DNA of 64,000 nucleotides. Source: an uncultured Clostridia bacterium (GTDB lineage Bacteria; Bacillota; Clostridia; TANB77; CAG-508). The stretch is taken from positions 3,508-67,507 of the forward strand of contig CANQXD010000001.1 in NCBI GenBank assembly GCA_947627755.1. Direction: 5' to 3'. Below the pieces are notes generated by a model. That model saw only the letters and a list, made by a program, of their open reading frames with translations. It searched no databases and was not told where the DNA came from. Of the stretch, positions 1-11,938 are shown one piece after another. The first letter of the stretch is position 1. Every line of letters starts with the position of its first letter. Both the position numbers and the translations under genes were made by a program.

Positions 1-267
1 TTAATAAGTTATTAAATGCATTTGTTATTTTTTTATTCGATAATCTTTCATTCATAGATACATAGATAATATCTTTAATTATTGCTTTAGTATCTTTATT
101 ATTTCTTAATTTTTCTGTTATAATTTTTATCGCTTCTAATTCGTTTTTTTCTGATTTTCTTTTATCTGATAAATAATATGGTTGTATTATAACATTTTTT
201 TAGATAATTGGCAAATTCTAAATGTTGAATCATATCCACCAGTCCAAAAAATTTCTACATTTTTCAT
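1..267 (-). pseudogene. 5' part of a PP-loop ATPase-like gene running off the window start. Frame 1 gives MKNVEIFWTGGYDSTFRICQLSKKML-stop, and a different frame is then open to the window edge (…QPYYLSDKRKSEKNELEAIKIITEKLRNN…). The two frames are bridged by a T7/A7 homopolymer at about 196-202.
   Basis: Own minus-strand translation from the ATG at 265-267. The TGGYDS motif resembles a PP-loop. One extra A in the A7 run would restore a continuous ORF. My reading of the bases around 238-242 is uncertain. Confidence 0.25.
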
Positions 268-423
268 AATTAAGTCTTTCCTTCCAAAATAATCATACTT
301 AAAAACAAAATCTAAAACTATATAGATTTATTTGAAATTGTATTTATATTAATATTTTATTACTTAATACATTACATTTTTTATATTTTGATTTATTATA
401 TATTTTACTTTTTATTTTAACAA

Positions 424-458
424 TAAAAAAAGTGATTTTATTTAATCACTTTTTTTAC
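424..458. terminator. Bidirectional rho-independent terminator. The hairpin aaaaagtgatt / aatcacttttt is flanked by A and T runs.
   Basis: Inverted repeat with a T tract downstream of the ugd stop. Confidence 0.5.
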
Positions 459-507
459 ATAAAATATATTTTTTTATAATAAATACAGTTGTAGTTACAA
501 AGCATAG

Positions 508-1715
<1,208 letters not shown>

Positions 1716-1744
1716 ACTTATTACCTCTTATATATAAAATTATT

Positions 1745-2629
1745 TTAAACATTTAAATTTAATAAATTTGATAAATATTCATCTCCTGTTTTACTATAGT
1801 ATGCTAAACATGCTGCCGGAGTATATGTCAATTCACTAACTATTGGCTTTTCATTTTCTTCATAAAAATCTACTCTAACAAATTCAAAATCTTTTGATAA
1901 AATTGATGCATATCTTATCATTTCATTAAAGCTGTTAGGCTTTTTAATTTTTTGTTTCGCATCTTTAGTATTTGTATTGTCATCTCTTAATATTAATTCA
2001 TTCCAATCTAAATCAAAAAAATCTGCTTTTCTAGCAGTAGCTCTATCCGTACATACTAATACTACTTTTGGTATACCATTAAAACAATAAAATTTATAAT
2101 CTATAGGCAATATATTTTGACTTTCAATAAATTTTTCACATATAATTTTAGGTTTTATATGTGTATAATGTGTTTCAGCAGTTTTATATCCAAATTTCAT
2201 TTTTAGCCACTTTTTTAGATTTTTTTTAGCCATTTCTATATTAAATTTATTTTTATCTGTACAAACAATGTTAAATCCACATCCATGTGTACATTTTATA
2301 ACAAATTTATTAGGGAACTTACTCCATTCTATATCCTCTACTTTGTCATAAACTCCATATAACTTAACTAATAAATCTTCATTTTTAGTTTTTTGTTGTA
2401 CATATTGTCGCATTTGATATTTATCAGAACATTTAAAAATTTGTTTATTATTGCTATATCTATATATCTTCAGCCACATTAATTTTTCGTTAAATTTTTT
2501 TGGGTTATTTAAATCTAATTTTTCATTTTTGGTCCATAAATATAATAATTGGCTGGATAATTTTATTGAAAAATGTGATAATATTGAAATTATTATACTT
2601 TGAAATCTTTTTTTTATTTTTTCAATCAT
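1745..2629 (-). CDS. ATP-grasp fold amidoligase, TupA-like (teichuronopeptide-type amino-acid ligase).
   Basis: 294 aa. The FYCFNGIPKVVLVCTDR block and overall pattern match TupA-like ATP-grasp proteins found in polysaccharide loci. Overlaps the downstream flippase by 4 bp. Confidence 0.5.
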   Translation of the reverse strand: MIEKIKKRFQSIIISILSHFSIKLSSQLLYLWTKNEKLDLNNPKKFNEKLMWLKIYRYSNNKQIFKCSDKYQMRQYVQQKTKNEDLLVKLYGVYDKVEDIEWSKFPNKFVIKCTHGCGFNIVCTDKNKFNIEMAKKNLKKWLKMKFGYKTAETHYTHIKPKIICEKFIESQNILPIDYKFYCFNGIPKVVLVCTDRATARKADFFDLDWNELILRDDNTNTKDAKQKIKKPNSFNEMIRYASILSKDFEFVRVDFYEENEKPIVSELTYTPAACLAYYSKTGDEYLSNLLNLNV

Positions 2630-4170
2630 CTTATTTTATTTTTCCTCTTTATTACTAATTTTTTTATTATATTTATTAATAAATTTTTATAATAAATAAA
2701 TTCATCTGTTTTGTAAAATAATGTACAAAACACCATATTAGGTATAATTATACATAAAACTGCTTTAATTATTAATGTAATAATTGTTATTTGATTAAAT
2801 AATGATGTTAAAAGACTATACATCGTTATTGTTAAAATTATAGTTAATATTGCATAAAAAGTTATTAATGAAAAATATTCCTTTGAACTTTTTTTAAAAC
2901 CATATTTAAATAACATGTATGGTTCTACCCATGAGCAAGTAGTTATTGTACTAACAAAAGTACCTATAAATACGCCTACAATGCCAATGTATTTAACTAA
3001 CATAATAGAAACTACTAAATTTATAACAGATTCAAATATTGGTTTATATCTATCTTGCCAATATAATCCTAAAGCATCTCTAAATGTTAATACTGTTTTT
3101 CTCATACCAGTAACATAAAAATTGGCAACTATTAGTATTACTATTTGAATTGAAAATAAATATTCTTTTCCTAACCATAATGTAATAAAATCATTAAATA
3201 AACACATTAAACAGATTGTTGAAAATGAATATAACCAAAAATTTAAAAATAATATTTTTTTAAATACATTATATGCTTTTTCTTGACTTTCAATTGCAAC
3301 TAAATTTCCCACACTAGCTGTAATAGATGTAAAAATTTGAGTCAATATCCCTTTTAAAGCCGTTATTATCATATAATAATTAGAATATAATCCTACTTCA
3401 CTTAATCCAACATATTTTGAAATAATAATATTATCTGTTCCGTTTACTACTACTCCACCTATTCTATGAAAAACCATCGCAAAAACATTTTTAGTAATTG
3501 TTTTCTTTGTATCTTTGTCTACTTTTTCAATATTTTTTTCTTTCATAAAAGGATATATCTTTTCTGCTTTTTTTGATATAGAAACATTTACTAATAAAGT
3601 CATTATAATTTGTATAAATAAATACATAATATAATTATGAGTTATTAGTAATACTATAATTTGAGAAATATTTAATATAATATTAAATATTTGAACATAT
3701 ATAGTAGATATATATCTTTTTTGATCTGCTTCTAGTAAAGATCTTTTATATGTATAAAAATATGAAATACTTGTATTAAGAACAAATAATATATATATAT
3801 AATAAATATTCGAAATATTAGGCATTTTATTAATAAGATATGGAAGAAATGGTGTAATAGAAATTCCTAATAATAATATAACAATTCCTATAATATTATA
3901 TAATTTTTTATATAAATTGATTAAAGCTTTTATCTTTTTTGTATCTTTATGTGCTAATGGCTTATATAAACTATATGTAAGAGCTGGCCCTATTCCTAAT
4001 TCAACTAATGAAAGAATTGATAAGATATTACTAAATAATCCATTTAATCCTAAATATTCTGTTGCCAATATTTTTACAAAAACAAATCGTGTTACAAGTT
4101 TAACAAGTAGCTCTACTATTTTTCCTCCAAAGGCATATATTAAATTTTTGATTGAACTTTCTGTTCTCAT
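2626..4170 (-). CDS. wzx: Polysaccharide (oligosaccharide-unit) flippase, Wzx/MOP family.
   Basis: 514 aa with about 12-14 hydrophobic helices. N-terminal region typical of PST flippases. Sits in a glycosyltransferase operon. Confidence 0.65.
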   Translation of the reverse strand: MRTESSIKNLIYAFGGKIVELLVKLVTRFVFVKILATEYLGLNGLFSNILSILSLVELGIGPALTYSLYKPLAHKDTKKIKALINLYKKLYNIIGIVILLLGISITPFLPYLINKMPNISNIYYIYILFVLNTSISYFYTYKRSLLEADQKRYISTIYVQIFNIILNISQIIVLLITHNYIMYLFIQIIMTLLVNVSISKKAEKIYPFMKEKNIEKVDKDTKKTITKNVFAMVFHRIGGVVVNGTDNIIISKYVGLSEVGLYSNYYMIITALKGILTQIFTSITASVGNLVAIESQEKAYNVFKKILFLNFWLYSFSTICLMCLFNDFITLWLGKEYLFSIQIVILIVANFYVTGMRKTVLTFRDALGLYWQDRYKPIFESVINLVVSIMLVKYIGIVGVFIGTFVSTITTCSWVEPYMLFKYGFKKSSKEYFSLITFYAILTIILTITMYSLLTSLFNQITIITLIIKAVLCIIIPNMVFCTLFYKTDEFIYYKNLLINIIKKLVIKRKNKIR

Positions 4171-4188
4171 TTTTCCTTCTTTCTTATA

Positions 4189-5361
4189 CTATATTGATTT
4201 CAATAAATCTTCCCATTGCTTTAAAATTAATTCTTTTGAAAATAATCTTGATCTTTCTTTTGCATTTTTACCTAATTTTTTTCTATACTCATCATCGTTT
4301 GCTACTTTTAACATTGCATTAGCATATTCATTTATATCATATTGTGATACTAAAATTTTTGCTTGTGCATCTTCAAATATTTCTTGCATAGCTATAATAT
4401 TATAGGCGATTACTGGAACACCCATCTCAATGGATTCTAATACTATCATTGGCATTCCTTCCCATCTAGATGATAATAATAAAGTAGAACTATTTAAAAA
4501 ATATTTTTTTATATCATCTGTAAATGAGTCTATTCTTATCCTATCTTGTAAATTATAGTTTTTTATTTGATTTTGTAACTGTTTTTTTTCTTTACCTTCA
4601 CCCACAATTACTAGTTTCCAATCTTTATTAAATTTAGAAAATATTTTAAAAGATTCTATTAGCATATCAAACCCTTTAGTATATGTAAATCTTCCCGCAG
4701 CTAAAAATTGCTTATTTGTTAATTTTGATGTTTCTTCTGATATAAAACTTACCGGATTATGTATCGTAAGTACTTTTATTCCATATTCTTGTTTTATTTT
4801 TTCTTCATCATATTTTGTTAATACAATATAGTAATCTAATTTTGGTAGCATTTCTTTTACCAATTTTTGCTTATAATATAAATCCTTTCCTTTAGTTTTA
4901 AAATATATGTCAAAAGTATTATGTTGCCACCCTATTGTTTTAGCGTTAATTTTATTCGAAATTTCAGCTAATATCATACTAAATGTTTTTGCCACTCCTA
5001 TGACTATATCAAATTCTTCTTTATTAATAATTTCTGCAATATTTTCATTTAATTGTTTATTATAAGTAATAAATCTTTGCATTTTTAAATTATTACTAAA
5101 TATTCCAGTTTTAATATTTAAATTATTTAATTCTCTTTTTACTTTTCGTTTTATTTTTGCTAATATATCATTCTTATAATTAGTAAATATAATTTTTACA
5201 TTATTATCTAAATTATATAAATTATAGTTAATTTTTTCTTTACTATTAGTACATAATATAGTAATCTCATGATTTTTACTTAATAAACTTGCTATTACTG
5301 ATGTTACTCTTTGTTCTCCTCCTAAGCTAAATGGAGTTGATGTTAAAAAGCATATTTTCAT
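4189..5361 (-). CDS. Glycosyltransferase family 4 (GT-B).
   Basis: C-terminal EGMPMIVLESIEMGVPVIA motif, typical of GT4. Confidence 0.8.
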   Translation of the reverse strand: MKICFLTSTPFSLGGEQRVTSVIASLLSKNHEITILCTNSKEKINYNLYNLDNNVKIIFTNYKNDILAKIKRKVKRELNNLNIKTGIFSNNLKMQRFITYNKQLNENIAEIINKEEFDIVIGVAKTFSMILAEISNKINAKTIGWQHNTFDIYFKTKGKDLYYKQKLVKEMLPKLDYYIVLTKYDEEKIKQEYGIKVLTIHNPVSFISEETSKLTNKQFLAAGRFTYTKGFDMLIESFKIFSKFNKDWKLVIVGEGKEKKQLQNQIKNYNLQDRIRIDSFTDDIKKYFLNSSTLLLSSRWEGMPMIVLESIEMGVPVIAYNIIAMQEIFEDAQAKILVSQYDINEYANAMLKVANDDEYRKKLGKNAKERSRLFSKELILKQWEDLLKSI

Positions 5362-6440
5362 TGTTTTTTTCTCCTTTTTATTTTTTTCATTATTCTTAAT
5401 AATTTATATTTTATATATAAATTATTTATTTTTATTGTATTAACTAACTTATTTTTTCCTAATATTGGATTTATATTTTTTGAAGTACTTTTTATCTTTT
5501 TTATATAAGTTTTATCATTTATATTTATATTAGTAATATTTTCTTTTAACTTATTTTGTAATTCTTGATTTTCAATAATTTGAGTACTATCCTTCTCTAT
5601 ATCATAAAAAAATATTATTTCTTTTTCTACAATTTGAGTATTTGTATTTATTATTAATCCGATTCCATAGTCACACATATTTTCTATTTCATATTTAAAT
5701 CTTTTAACTTTAAAATTTTTTCTTCTTTCACTAAAATAAAAATTACCTAAAGAATAATATATTTGTTTCCCTTTATATTTTTCAAATGCTTGTACATTAT
5801 GGGAATGATGTCCTATAATTATATCTGTACCGTATTCAATCATTCTATGAGCTAGATAAATATCTTTTGGCATTGGATATAAATTATATTCAAATCCCCA
5901 ATGCATTATACCTATAAGAAAATTATTTTGATTGTCTTTTTTTATTTTGTTTATCTGTCTTAATATGATATTTTGTTCTAATGGAGCAGCTCCTGCTTTA
6001 TTTTTTTTTGCATATACTGTTTCTTCAACATTCCAGCCATAATTTATAAATTTTATCTTTTTTTTATCTATTTGAATTTCCATTGGCTTCAATGCTTCTT
6101 CTAGATTTATCCCAGCACCACAATATTTAATATTATTTTTTTTTAATAATTCAATTGTATTTATTAATCCTTTTTTACCATAATCCATAATATGATTATT
6201 AGCCAAACAGACTCCTACTACATTTAATTTTTTTAAAATGTCTATAGTAATATTATCTTGATATAAATTTGCTCCTCTTTTTTTTATCTTTTCATCATTT
6301 TTTTCTATTATTGGTCCTTCTAAATTTAAAATTACTTTATAATTATTTATTTTTATATATTTAGCTATTTCTTCTATATCTTTTGCAATAAAATCATAAG
6401 TGTACAAAAAATCTCCTAACACTAAAATTTTTTTTGTCAT
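5358..6440 (-). CDS. CapA/PGA_cap-family metallophosphoesterase (poly-gamma-glutamate capsule protein CapA-like).
   Basis: LGNHE-like and GHHSH motifs. 360 aa. Confidence 0.55.
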   Translation of the reverse strand: MTKKILVLGDFLYTYDFIAKDIEEIAKYIKINNYKVILNLEGPIIEKNDEKIKKRGANLYQDNITIDILKKLNVVGVCLANNHIMDYGKKGLINTIELLKKNNIKYCGAGINLEEALKPMEIQIDKKKIKFINYGWNVEETVYAKKNKAGAAPLEQNIILRQINKIKKDNQNNFLIGIMHWGFEYNLYPMPKDIYLAHRMIEYGTDIIIGHHSHNVQAFEKYKGKQIYYSLGNFYFSERRKNFKVKRFKYEIENMCDYGIGLIINTNTQIVEKEIIFFYDIEKDSTQIIENQELQNKLKENITNININDKTYIKKIKSTSKNINPILGKNKLVNTIKINNLYIKYKLLRIMKKIKRRKKQ

Positions 6441-7021
6441 ATACTACTCCTTTTTTCTTTAAATATAAGCAAATTTAATTTTGAATTATTACTACTTATT
6501 TTTTTAGCTGGTACTCCAGCAATTGTAATTCCACTTTCCGTAAAATCTTTTACTACTACACTATTTGCTCCAATAGCAATATCATTTGCTATCTCTATAT
6601 TTCCTATAATTTTTGCACCTGTTCCAATAAAAACATTATCACCAATTTTTGGAGCTTCATTTTGTCCATTAGTTGTTCCTATTGTAACTCCTTCATGTAT
6701 TCTACAATTTTTTCCTACTTTTGTTTTGCCATTAACAACTATAGTTCCATAATGTGCTATTGATAAACCTGGTCCGAATACATTTAGAGGAATTGAAAAA
6801 CCTAGTTTAATTGATTCTTTTTTAAAACTTATCTTATATAAAACAAATATAAATTTATATAAAATTCCATTTTTACAATTCTTTATGTATTCTAACTTTC
6901 GTAATTTTCTCTCAAATTTCCAAATTTCATCTCCTATAATTTTAGGATATCTATGCATAATTCCTAATGCTTCCTTGTCCATTCTTAAGTATTCTTTATA
7001 TTTTTTTTTTGAAGTAATCAT
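6437..7021 (-). CDS. Hexapeptide-repeat (left-handed beta-helix) sugar O-acetyltransferase.
   Basis: Repeated [LIV]G-x-x-x-x hexapeptides, e.g. GKNCRIHEGVTIG…GDNVFIGTGAKIIGNIEIANDIAIGANSVV. Confidence 0.8.
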   Translation of the reverse strand: MITSKKKYKEYLRMDKEALGIMHRYPKIIGDEIWKFERKLRKLEYIKNCKNGILYKFIFVLYKISFKKESIKLGFSIPLNVFGPGLSIAHYGTIVVNGKTKVGKNCRIHEGVTIGTTNGQNEAPKIGDNVFIGTGAKIIGNIEIANDIAIGANSVVVKDFTESGITIAGVPAKKISSNNSKLNLLIFKEKRSSI

Positions 7022-7048
7022 CTCTTTTTATATTTTCACTCCAATCTT

Positions 7049-7948
7049 TTACTTTTTTATCAAAAATTTTACGATATATTTTAAATTTTGTAATTTAAAT
7101 GGAAATATTTTACACATTGCTTTTAATTCTTTTTTTGCTTTATCAAATTCTTTATTTTTTATATAAAAATAGCATAGTCTCTTATTAAAACTATATTCTA
7201 CATTTTTTATTTGCTTTTTGTTTTTAATTTTTTCATATTGTTTTCGACATAAATCTCTATAGTATAAATCAGTATTTATATATTTATTATCTACTTTTGA
7301 AATTCTATCTTTGTTATTATAAACATAATAATTTAATAATATTTCTGGAACTCTATAAATTTCATATCCTTTTGATAATAATTTTAATATTAATGCTGCA
7401 TCTTGATGGCTTGATAATTCATCAAAATATCCTATATCTATCAAGACCTCTTTTTTACATATCCACCATGATGTTGCAGCAATGCATTCAATCATATGCT
7501 CTGCTAATGGAATTCCTTCATAGTCTTTTTGTATAGTTTTATAAATTTTCCCATCTTTTATTACATTTGCATAACAATATATTAATCCTACTTTTTTTTC
7601 TTGTTTTTCTAATTTTTTATACAATTTCAATTGCATTTCTATTTTATTTGGTAAAAATTCATCATCATCATCTAGAAAAGCTATATATTTACCATGTGCA
7701 TTATTAATTCCTACATTTCTTGATTCGGAACCTCCTAAATTTTCTTTATTTTCTATATATATAATATTTTTATATTTTGAAACAATAGATTCGGTTTTTT
7801 TTCTTATTTCTGGATACTTATAGTTATCATCTATTACAATTATTTCTATATTTTTATAAGTTTGATTTATAACACTATTAATTGCTCTTTTTAATTCTTC
7901 TGGTCTTTTATAAGTTGGTATTACTACAGATACTAATTCTTGTTCCAT
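7049..7948 (-). CDS. Glycosyltransferase family 2.
   Basis: VSVVIPTYKRPEELKRAINSV…DDDDEF, the GT2 DxD signature. Confidence 0.85.
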   Translation of the reverse strand: MEQELVSVVIPTYKRPEELKRAINSVINQTYKNIEIIVIDDNYKYPEIRKKTESIVSKYKNIIYIENKENLGGSESRNVGINNAHGKYIAFLDDDDEFLPNKIEMQLKLYKKLEKQEKKVGLIYCYANVIKDGKIYKTIQKDYEGIPLAEHMIECIAATSWWICKKEVLIDIGYFDELSSHQDAALILKLLSKGYEIYRVPEILLNYYVYNNKDRISKVDNKYINTDLYYRDLCRKQYEKIKNKKQIKNVEYSFNKRLCYFYIKNKEFDKAKKELKAMCKIFPFKLQNLKYIVKFLIKK

Positions 7949-8127
7949 TTTTTCTTATATGATATATTTAATAATTTAAATATATCATTCACTCCTTCCT
8001 ATATTTTATATTAATATTCAGTATAATCTAAACGAAGTAACTATTGAATTTTGATTTTTATATGCCTCTTGCTTATCTGCCAGAGATTATTAATATAATT
8101 TCATTTTTTATTATTTATTGGTTAATT

Positions 8128-9300
8128 TTATTTTTTTATTAAAGTAAATATATTTGCAGCAATATTTTCATTAAATAAATTTCCAAATGATATATTTTTT
8201 AATGTTGCATATTGCCCTACTATGCCTATTCCCATTATAATAAAAAAAAGCATTAAAGTGCATAAAAAATTTAATTTCTTATTTTCTAATTTTAGATAGT
8301 CCATTAATGGTATTAATCCAATTATAAATAAAAGAAATGAAAATCTAGCAAAAAATTGTAAATAACTTAGCATAGCTAAAATAAATATTACAATATAGCT
8401 AATTACATTATATATTTTTATATCTATTTTATCTTTAAAGAATTTTTTATTATAATTATATATTGTAGTTATAAATATAACAATTATTAAGTTTAGGATT
8501 GATAATGAGCTTGCATTTAATATAGTATTTCGTTCTTCTTCTCCTATATAATATATAGCTTTTTCATATAATGTAGAGAATATTGGAATATTCGATAGTA
8601 TGTTTGCAAAAAATAAAATTGATGTTGAAGATAGAAATATAATAATCATCAATATACTATATATTTTTTTCATTTTTTTACTGTCAAAGTTCATAAATAT
8701 TCTAATTAATATAGCAATAAATAAACTTTTATGTAATAAGCATGGTATAATATATAATAATTTATATACTATCTTTTTTTTATTTTTAACATATTCTAAA
8801 TATATTGCAAAAGCAAATACTGCTATAGCTACTCCATTTCTAAGTCCACTAGCAAAATTTATATAATTCATACATGAAATAAAAAATATTACTATTAGAA
8901 ATGTATAAATACCTTTTAAATTTATTTTTTTTGAATAATCATTAATCATATAAAATACTATGAAGTATACAAAAAAAGTACAAATAGCTGATAAGAGATA
9001 ATAATTTTGTGTTTTACTTACTAAAAAAAATATCATTCGAATAGCAGGTTCAGTTATTGTCAATATGTTTTTTGCAAATGTCATAAAATCTATTTTACTA
9101 TATTCATTCATAATAATAAAATATTTATATAAATCATATTCTTTTCCTGGTTCAAAATAATATGATAATATTGCTATATCAATAGCAAGTAAAATTAAAT
9201 GGCCTATTTTATTCTTTTTATCAAAAATAATACCTAATATTATAATAGGTAAAGAAATTATTGGTGATATTATAAAAAATATTATTGATATAAATATCAT
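8128..9300 (-). CDS. wzy: EpsG-family polysaccharide polymerase (Wzy-like).
   Basis: 390 aa polytopic membrane protein with the EpsG-family pattern. Located in a Wzx-containing locus. Confidence 0.55.
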   Translation of the reverse strand: MIFISIIFFIISPIISLPIIILGIIFDKKNKIGHLILLAIDIAILSYYFEPGKEYDLYKYFIIMNEYSKIDFMTFAKNILTITEPAIRMIFFLVSKTQNYYLLSAICTFFVYFIVFYMINDYSKKINLKGIYTFLIVIFFISCMNYINFASGLRNGVAIAVFAFAIYLEYVKNKKKIVYKLLYIIPCLLHKSLFIAILIRIFMNFDSKKMKKIYSILMIIIFLSSTSILFFANILSNIPIFSTLYEKAIYYIGEEERNTILNASSLSILNLIIVIFITTIYNYNKKFFKDKIDIKIYNVISYIVIFILAMLSYLQFFARFSFLLFIIGLIPLMDYLKLENKKLNFLCTLMLFFIIMGIGIVGQYATLKNISFGNLFNENIAANIFTLIKK

Positions 9301-9382
9301 AAATTTTCCTCATCTTTTCATTAATAGTGTATATTTTATAAATTAATTTCAATTCGCTTTATATGTTATTTTACACTATTTT

Positions 9383-10484
9383 TTAATTTAAATATATTTT
9401 TTCTATCCTTTTTGTTGTGTCACTAATTGAATATCCTTTTTTCTTTATTATTTTATAAATTTCTATATTTTCCTTTTTTGATAAGTCTATTAATATATTA
9501 TCTATCAATTTATTTATATCATCTTTAATATTAAAAAAATGCACTCTATTGTCTATAATATTAGTTTCATTTGAAATATTGTCTGACAGATAGCATATAT
9601 TGTCTCCAGCCAAAGCTTCAACTACTACTAAAGGAAATCCTTCATATAATGATGGCATAATAAATACATCAAACATTTTCATAAAGATATTGATATCAGA
9701 TCTAGTACCTGTTAAAATAAAATATTTTTCTAACTTTTCTTTTAATATTTTATCTTTTATTATTTCATATTGTGATCCATTGCCAACTAGTACTATTTTA
9801 AATGGAATATCTCTCATTTTTATTTTTTTTGCTAATTCTATAAAATATTCATGGTTTTTTACTTTTTCAAATCTTCCAACATGCCCAATTATAAGTTCTT
9901 TTTCATTAATTTTTAGTTCTTCTTTTAGTTTTTCTATTTGCTCTTTTGACACATTTATGTATTTTTTTAAATCAATTCCATTATTAATAATTATATATTT
10001 GCTATTTCCATATAAATATTCTCCAGCCTTTTTTCCACAAGCAATTTTAACATTAGAAAATAACTTAATTAATATTTTACAAAAAGTATTATAACATTTT
10101 CTTATTATAGTTTTCTTTTTCATATCATTTGTAGTATGAGAATGAGTTATTCTTATTTTTACGCCTGCAAAGAAGGCTAACATATTAACAAATCCAGAAT
10201 AATAAGAAATATGTGAATGTACAACTTTAAATTTTCCTTCTTTTTTTAAAATTTTATAAATATTAATAAGGTTTTTTATTCTTCCGATTTTCCGGAGAAG
10301 GCACTCTGTATATTTTCCCACCTAGTTCAGAAATTTCTTTTTCATAATCTGCAACTTCATTGTCCATACATAAAAAATCAAATTGTATTTTATTTCTATT
10401 TATATTGCGATATATATTCATAATCATAGTTTCTGCTCCACCACGATGCATTTTTCTTACAATATGTAATACTCTAATTTGCAT
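9383..10484 (-). pseudogene. Glycosyltransferase family 4 split into two ORFs (10263-10484 encodes the N-terminal 73 aa, 9383-10321 the C-terminal 312 aa). The cause is a +1 frameshift: an extra C in …gaaaatCggaag… (G at plus position about 10286).
   Basis: The N-terminal fragment MQIRVLHIV…GGAETMIMNI is a typical GT4 N-terminus and the C-terminal fragment continues the fold. Removing the single C fuses them into …RVPSPENGRIKNLINIYKILKKEG…. Confidence 0.7.
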
Positions 10485-10540
10485 TTATTTATTGTATGAT
10501 ATTAACTGTATCATACACTCCTTTCTATCTTTATATTAAT

Positions 10541-10575
10541 TTTTTAAATAATCTAAATTATATTATGTCAAACAC
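10541..10575 (-). promoter_or_regulatory. Possible internal promoter. A TTGACA box (rc of tgtcaa at 10564-10569) sits in an ataatgtcaaac context shared with the two locus promoters, but the -10 is weak.
   Basis: Sequence motif comparison only. Confidence 0.25.
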
Positions 10576-10755
10576 TATCTTTTTTTATTTATATTTTGTA
10601 AACATATAAAATGTTAATATAATTTTAGTAAAGAAACATTTATATAATCTATTACAAGGTTTGTCTTAATTATTTATGACATATTTATTAAGTTTCAATT
10701 TAAACAATATATGATAAAACATTCAAAAATTATTCATAATATATTATTTTATTTT

Positions 10756-11922
10756 CTATATTTCTTTTAAAATTAAATCATAAAAATTATTTCTTTTATA
10801 ATTCAATTCTTTTTTTTCAAATTTCAAACTCTTTTCAAAATTTTTCTTTGATATTTTCTTCATTTCTTCTTTATTATCTATTAATTTTATTATTTTATTA
10901 GCTAATTCTTTATAATTTTTTTTATCTATTATATATTGATCTTCTAATAATTCGGGAATTCCTCCAACATTACTTCCAATGCATGGGCAACCTCTACTCA
11001 TAGCTTCTATTAACGCTCTTGGCAATCCTTCTTGAAGACTTGGAATTAAATATACATCTAAATTATCTATCCAACTATAAACTTCATTATGTGGTAATAT
11101 TCCGTCAAAAAATATATGTTTATCAATATTATATTTTCTAGCCATAGATATCCATTTTTCTTTTTCTCCTGCGCCTAAAAAATGTAATTCAAAATTTATT
11201 TTATCTCTAATCATAGATAGAGCTTTTATTGCTGTTTCATGTCCTTTAAAATTTACATTTAAAGAACCTATTATTCCAAATTTATATGTATCTGTATCTT
11301 TTTTTAATTGTATTTTTTTAATTCTATTTTCTAAAACATTGTTACTATTTTTTTGTAATTCAACATCAGAACATGAAATATATTTTCCTTTTGTAGGATA
11401 TCTTTTTTGTAAAAATTTTTCTGTAACATATATTGTATATTTACTTTTTTTCAATTCAATTTTATTCATTATAGCTAAAAATGGCATAGCTAATTTATAC
11501 TTTATTCCTCCATGATACCATAAAGCATCTTTGGGACATCCTACCATTTCAATCATATATGGTATTTTTCTTTTTCTTGCTTCTTTGCAAGCTATAATTC
11601 CTATAATACTATGCATTCGAATAATCGCGAAATCACAATTTTTCATTTGTTCTTTTACTACTTTAATACAATTAGAATAATATTTTGAAACTCCTTGAAC
11701 TTTTATATTTCCTACAAAATTTTCATTTCTAACTGCTTTTTTATTATTTTGATTTTCTTTTACTACCCTTACAACTGCTGTTATATTTCCGAATTTTTCT
11801 GCGTATTGATTAAATTTTTCCGCATTCATCGTTCCAAATGTATAATATTTATTATTAGAACATACAAAAGTAGTATCATGAAAAAAAATAGTATTCATTA
11901 TTATCTCCCTTTTATTATTCAT
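10756..11922 (-). CDS. Glycosyltransferase family 4.
   Basis: EGLPRALIEAMSRGCPCIGSNVGGIPELL motif. Confidence 0.8.
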   Translation of the reverse strand: MNNKREIIMNTIFFHDTTFVCSNNKYYTFGTMNAEKFNQYAEKFGNITAVVRVVKENQNNKKAVRNENFVGNIKVQGVSKYYSNCIKVVKEQMKNCDFAIIRMHSIIGIIACKEARKRKIPYMIEMVGCPKDALWYHGGIKYKLAMPFLAIMNKIELKKSKYTIYVTEKFLQKRYPTKGKYISCSDVELQKNSNNVLENRIKKIQLKKDTDTYKFGIIGSLNVNFKGHETAIKALSMIRDKINFELHFLGAGEKEKWISMARKYNIDKHIFFDGILPHNEVYSWIDNLDVYLIPSLQEGLPRALIEAMSRGCPCIGSNVGGIPELLEDQYIIDKKNYKELANKIIKLIDNKEEMKKISKKNFEKSLKFEKKELNYKRNNFYDLILKEI

Positions 11923-11938
11923 TTACTGTAATATATTG

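Noticed and set aside
2915-4405. Plus-strand ORFs 2915-3118 and 3917-4405, and other short plus-strand ORFs across the window (e.g. 6885-7166, 8600-8866, 9600-10094, 22745-23134, 32251-32887, 39564-40232).
   Set aside because: All are antisense to well-supported minus-strand genes. In AT-rich DNA the antisense strand lacks stops by composition, and none has an RBS or recognisable domain.
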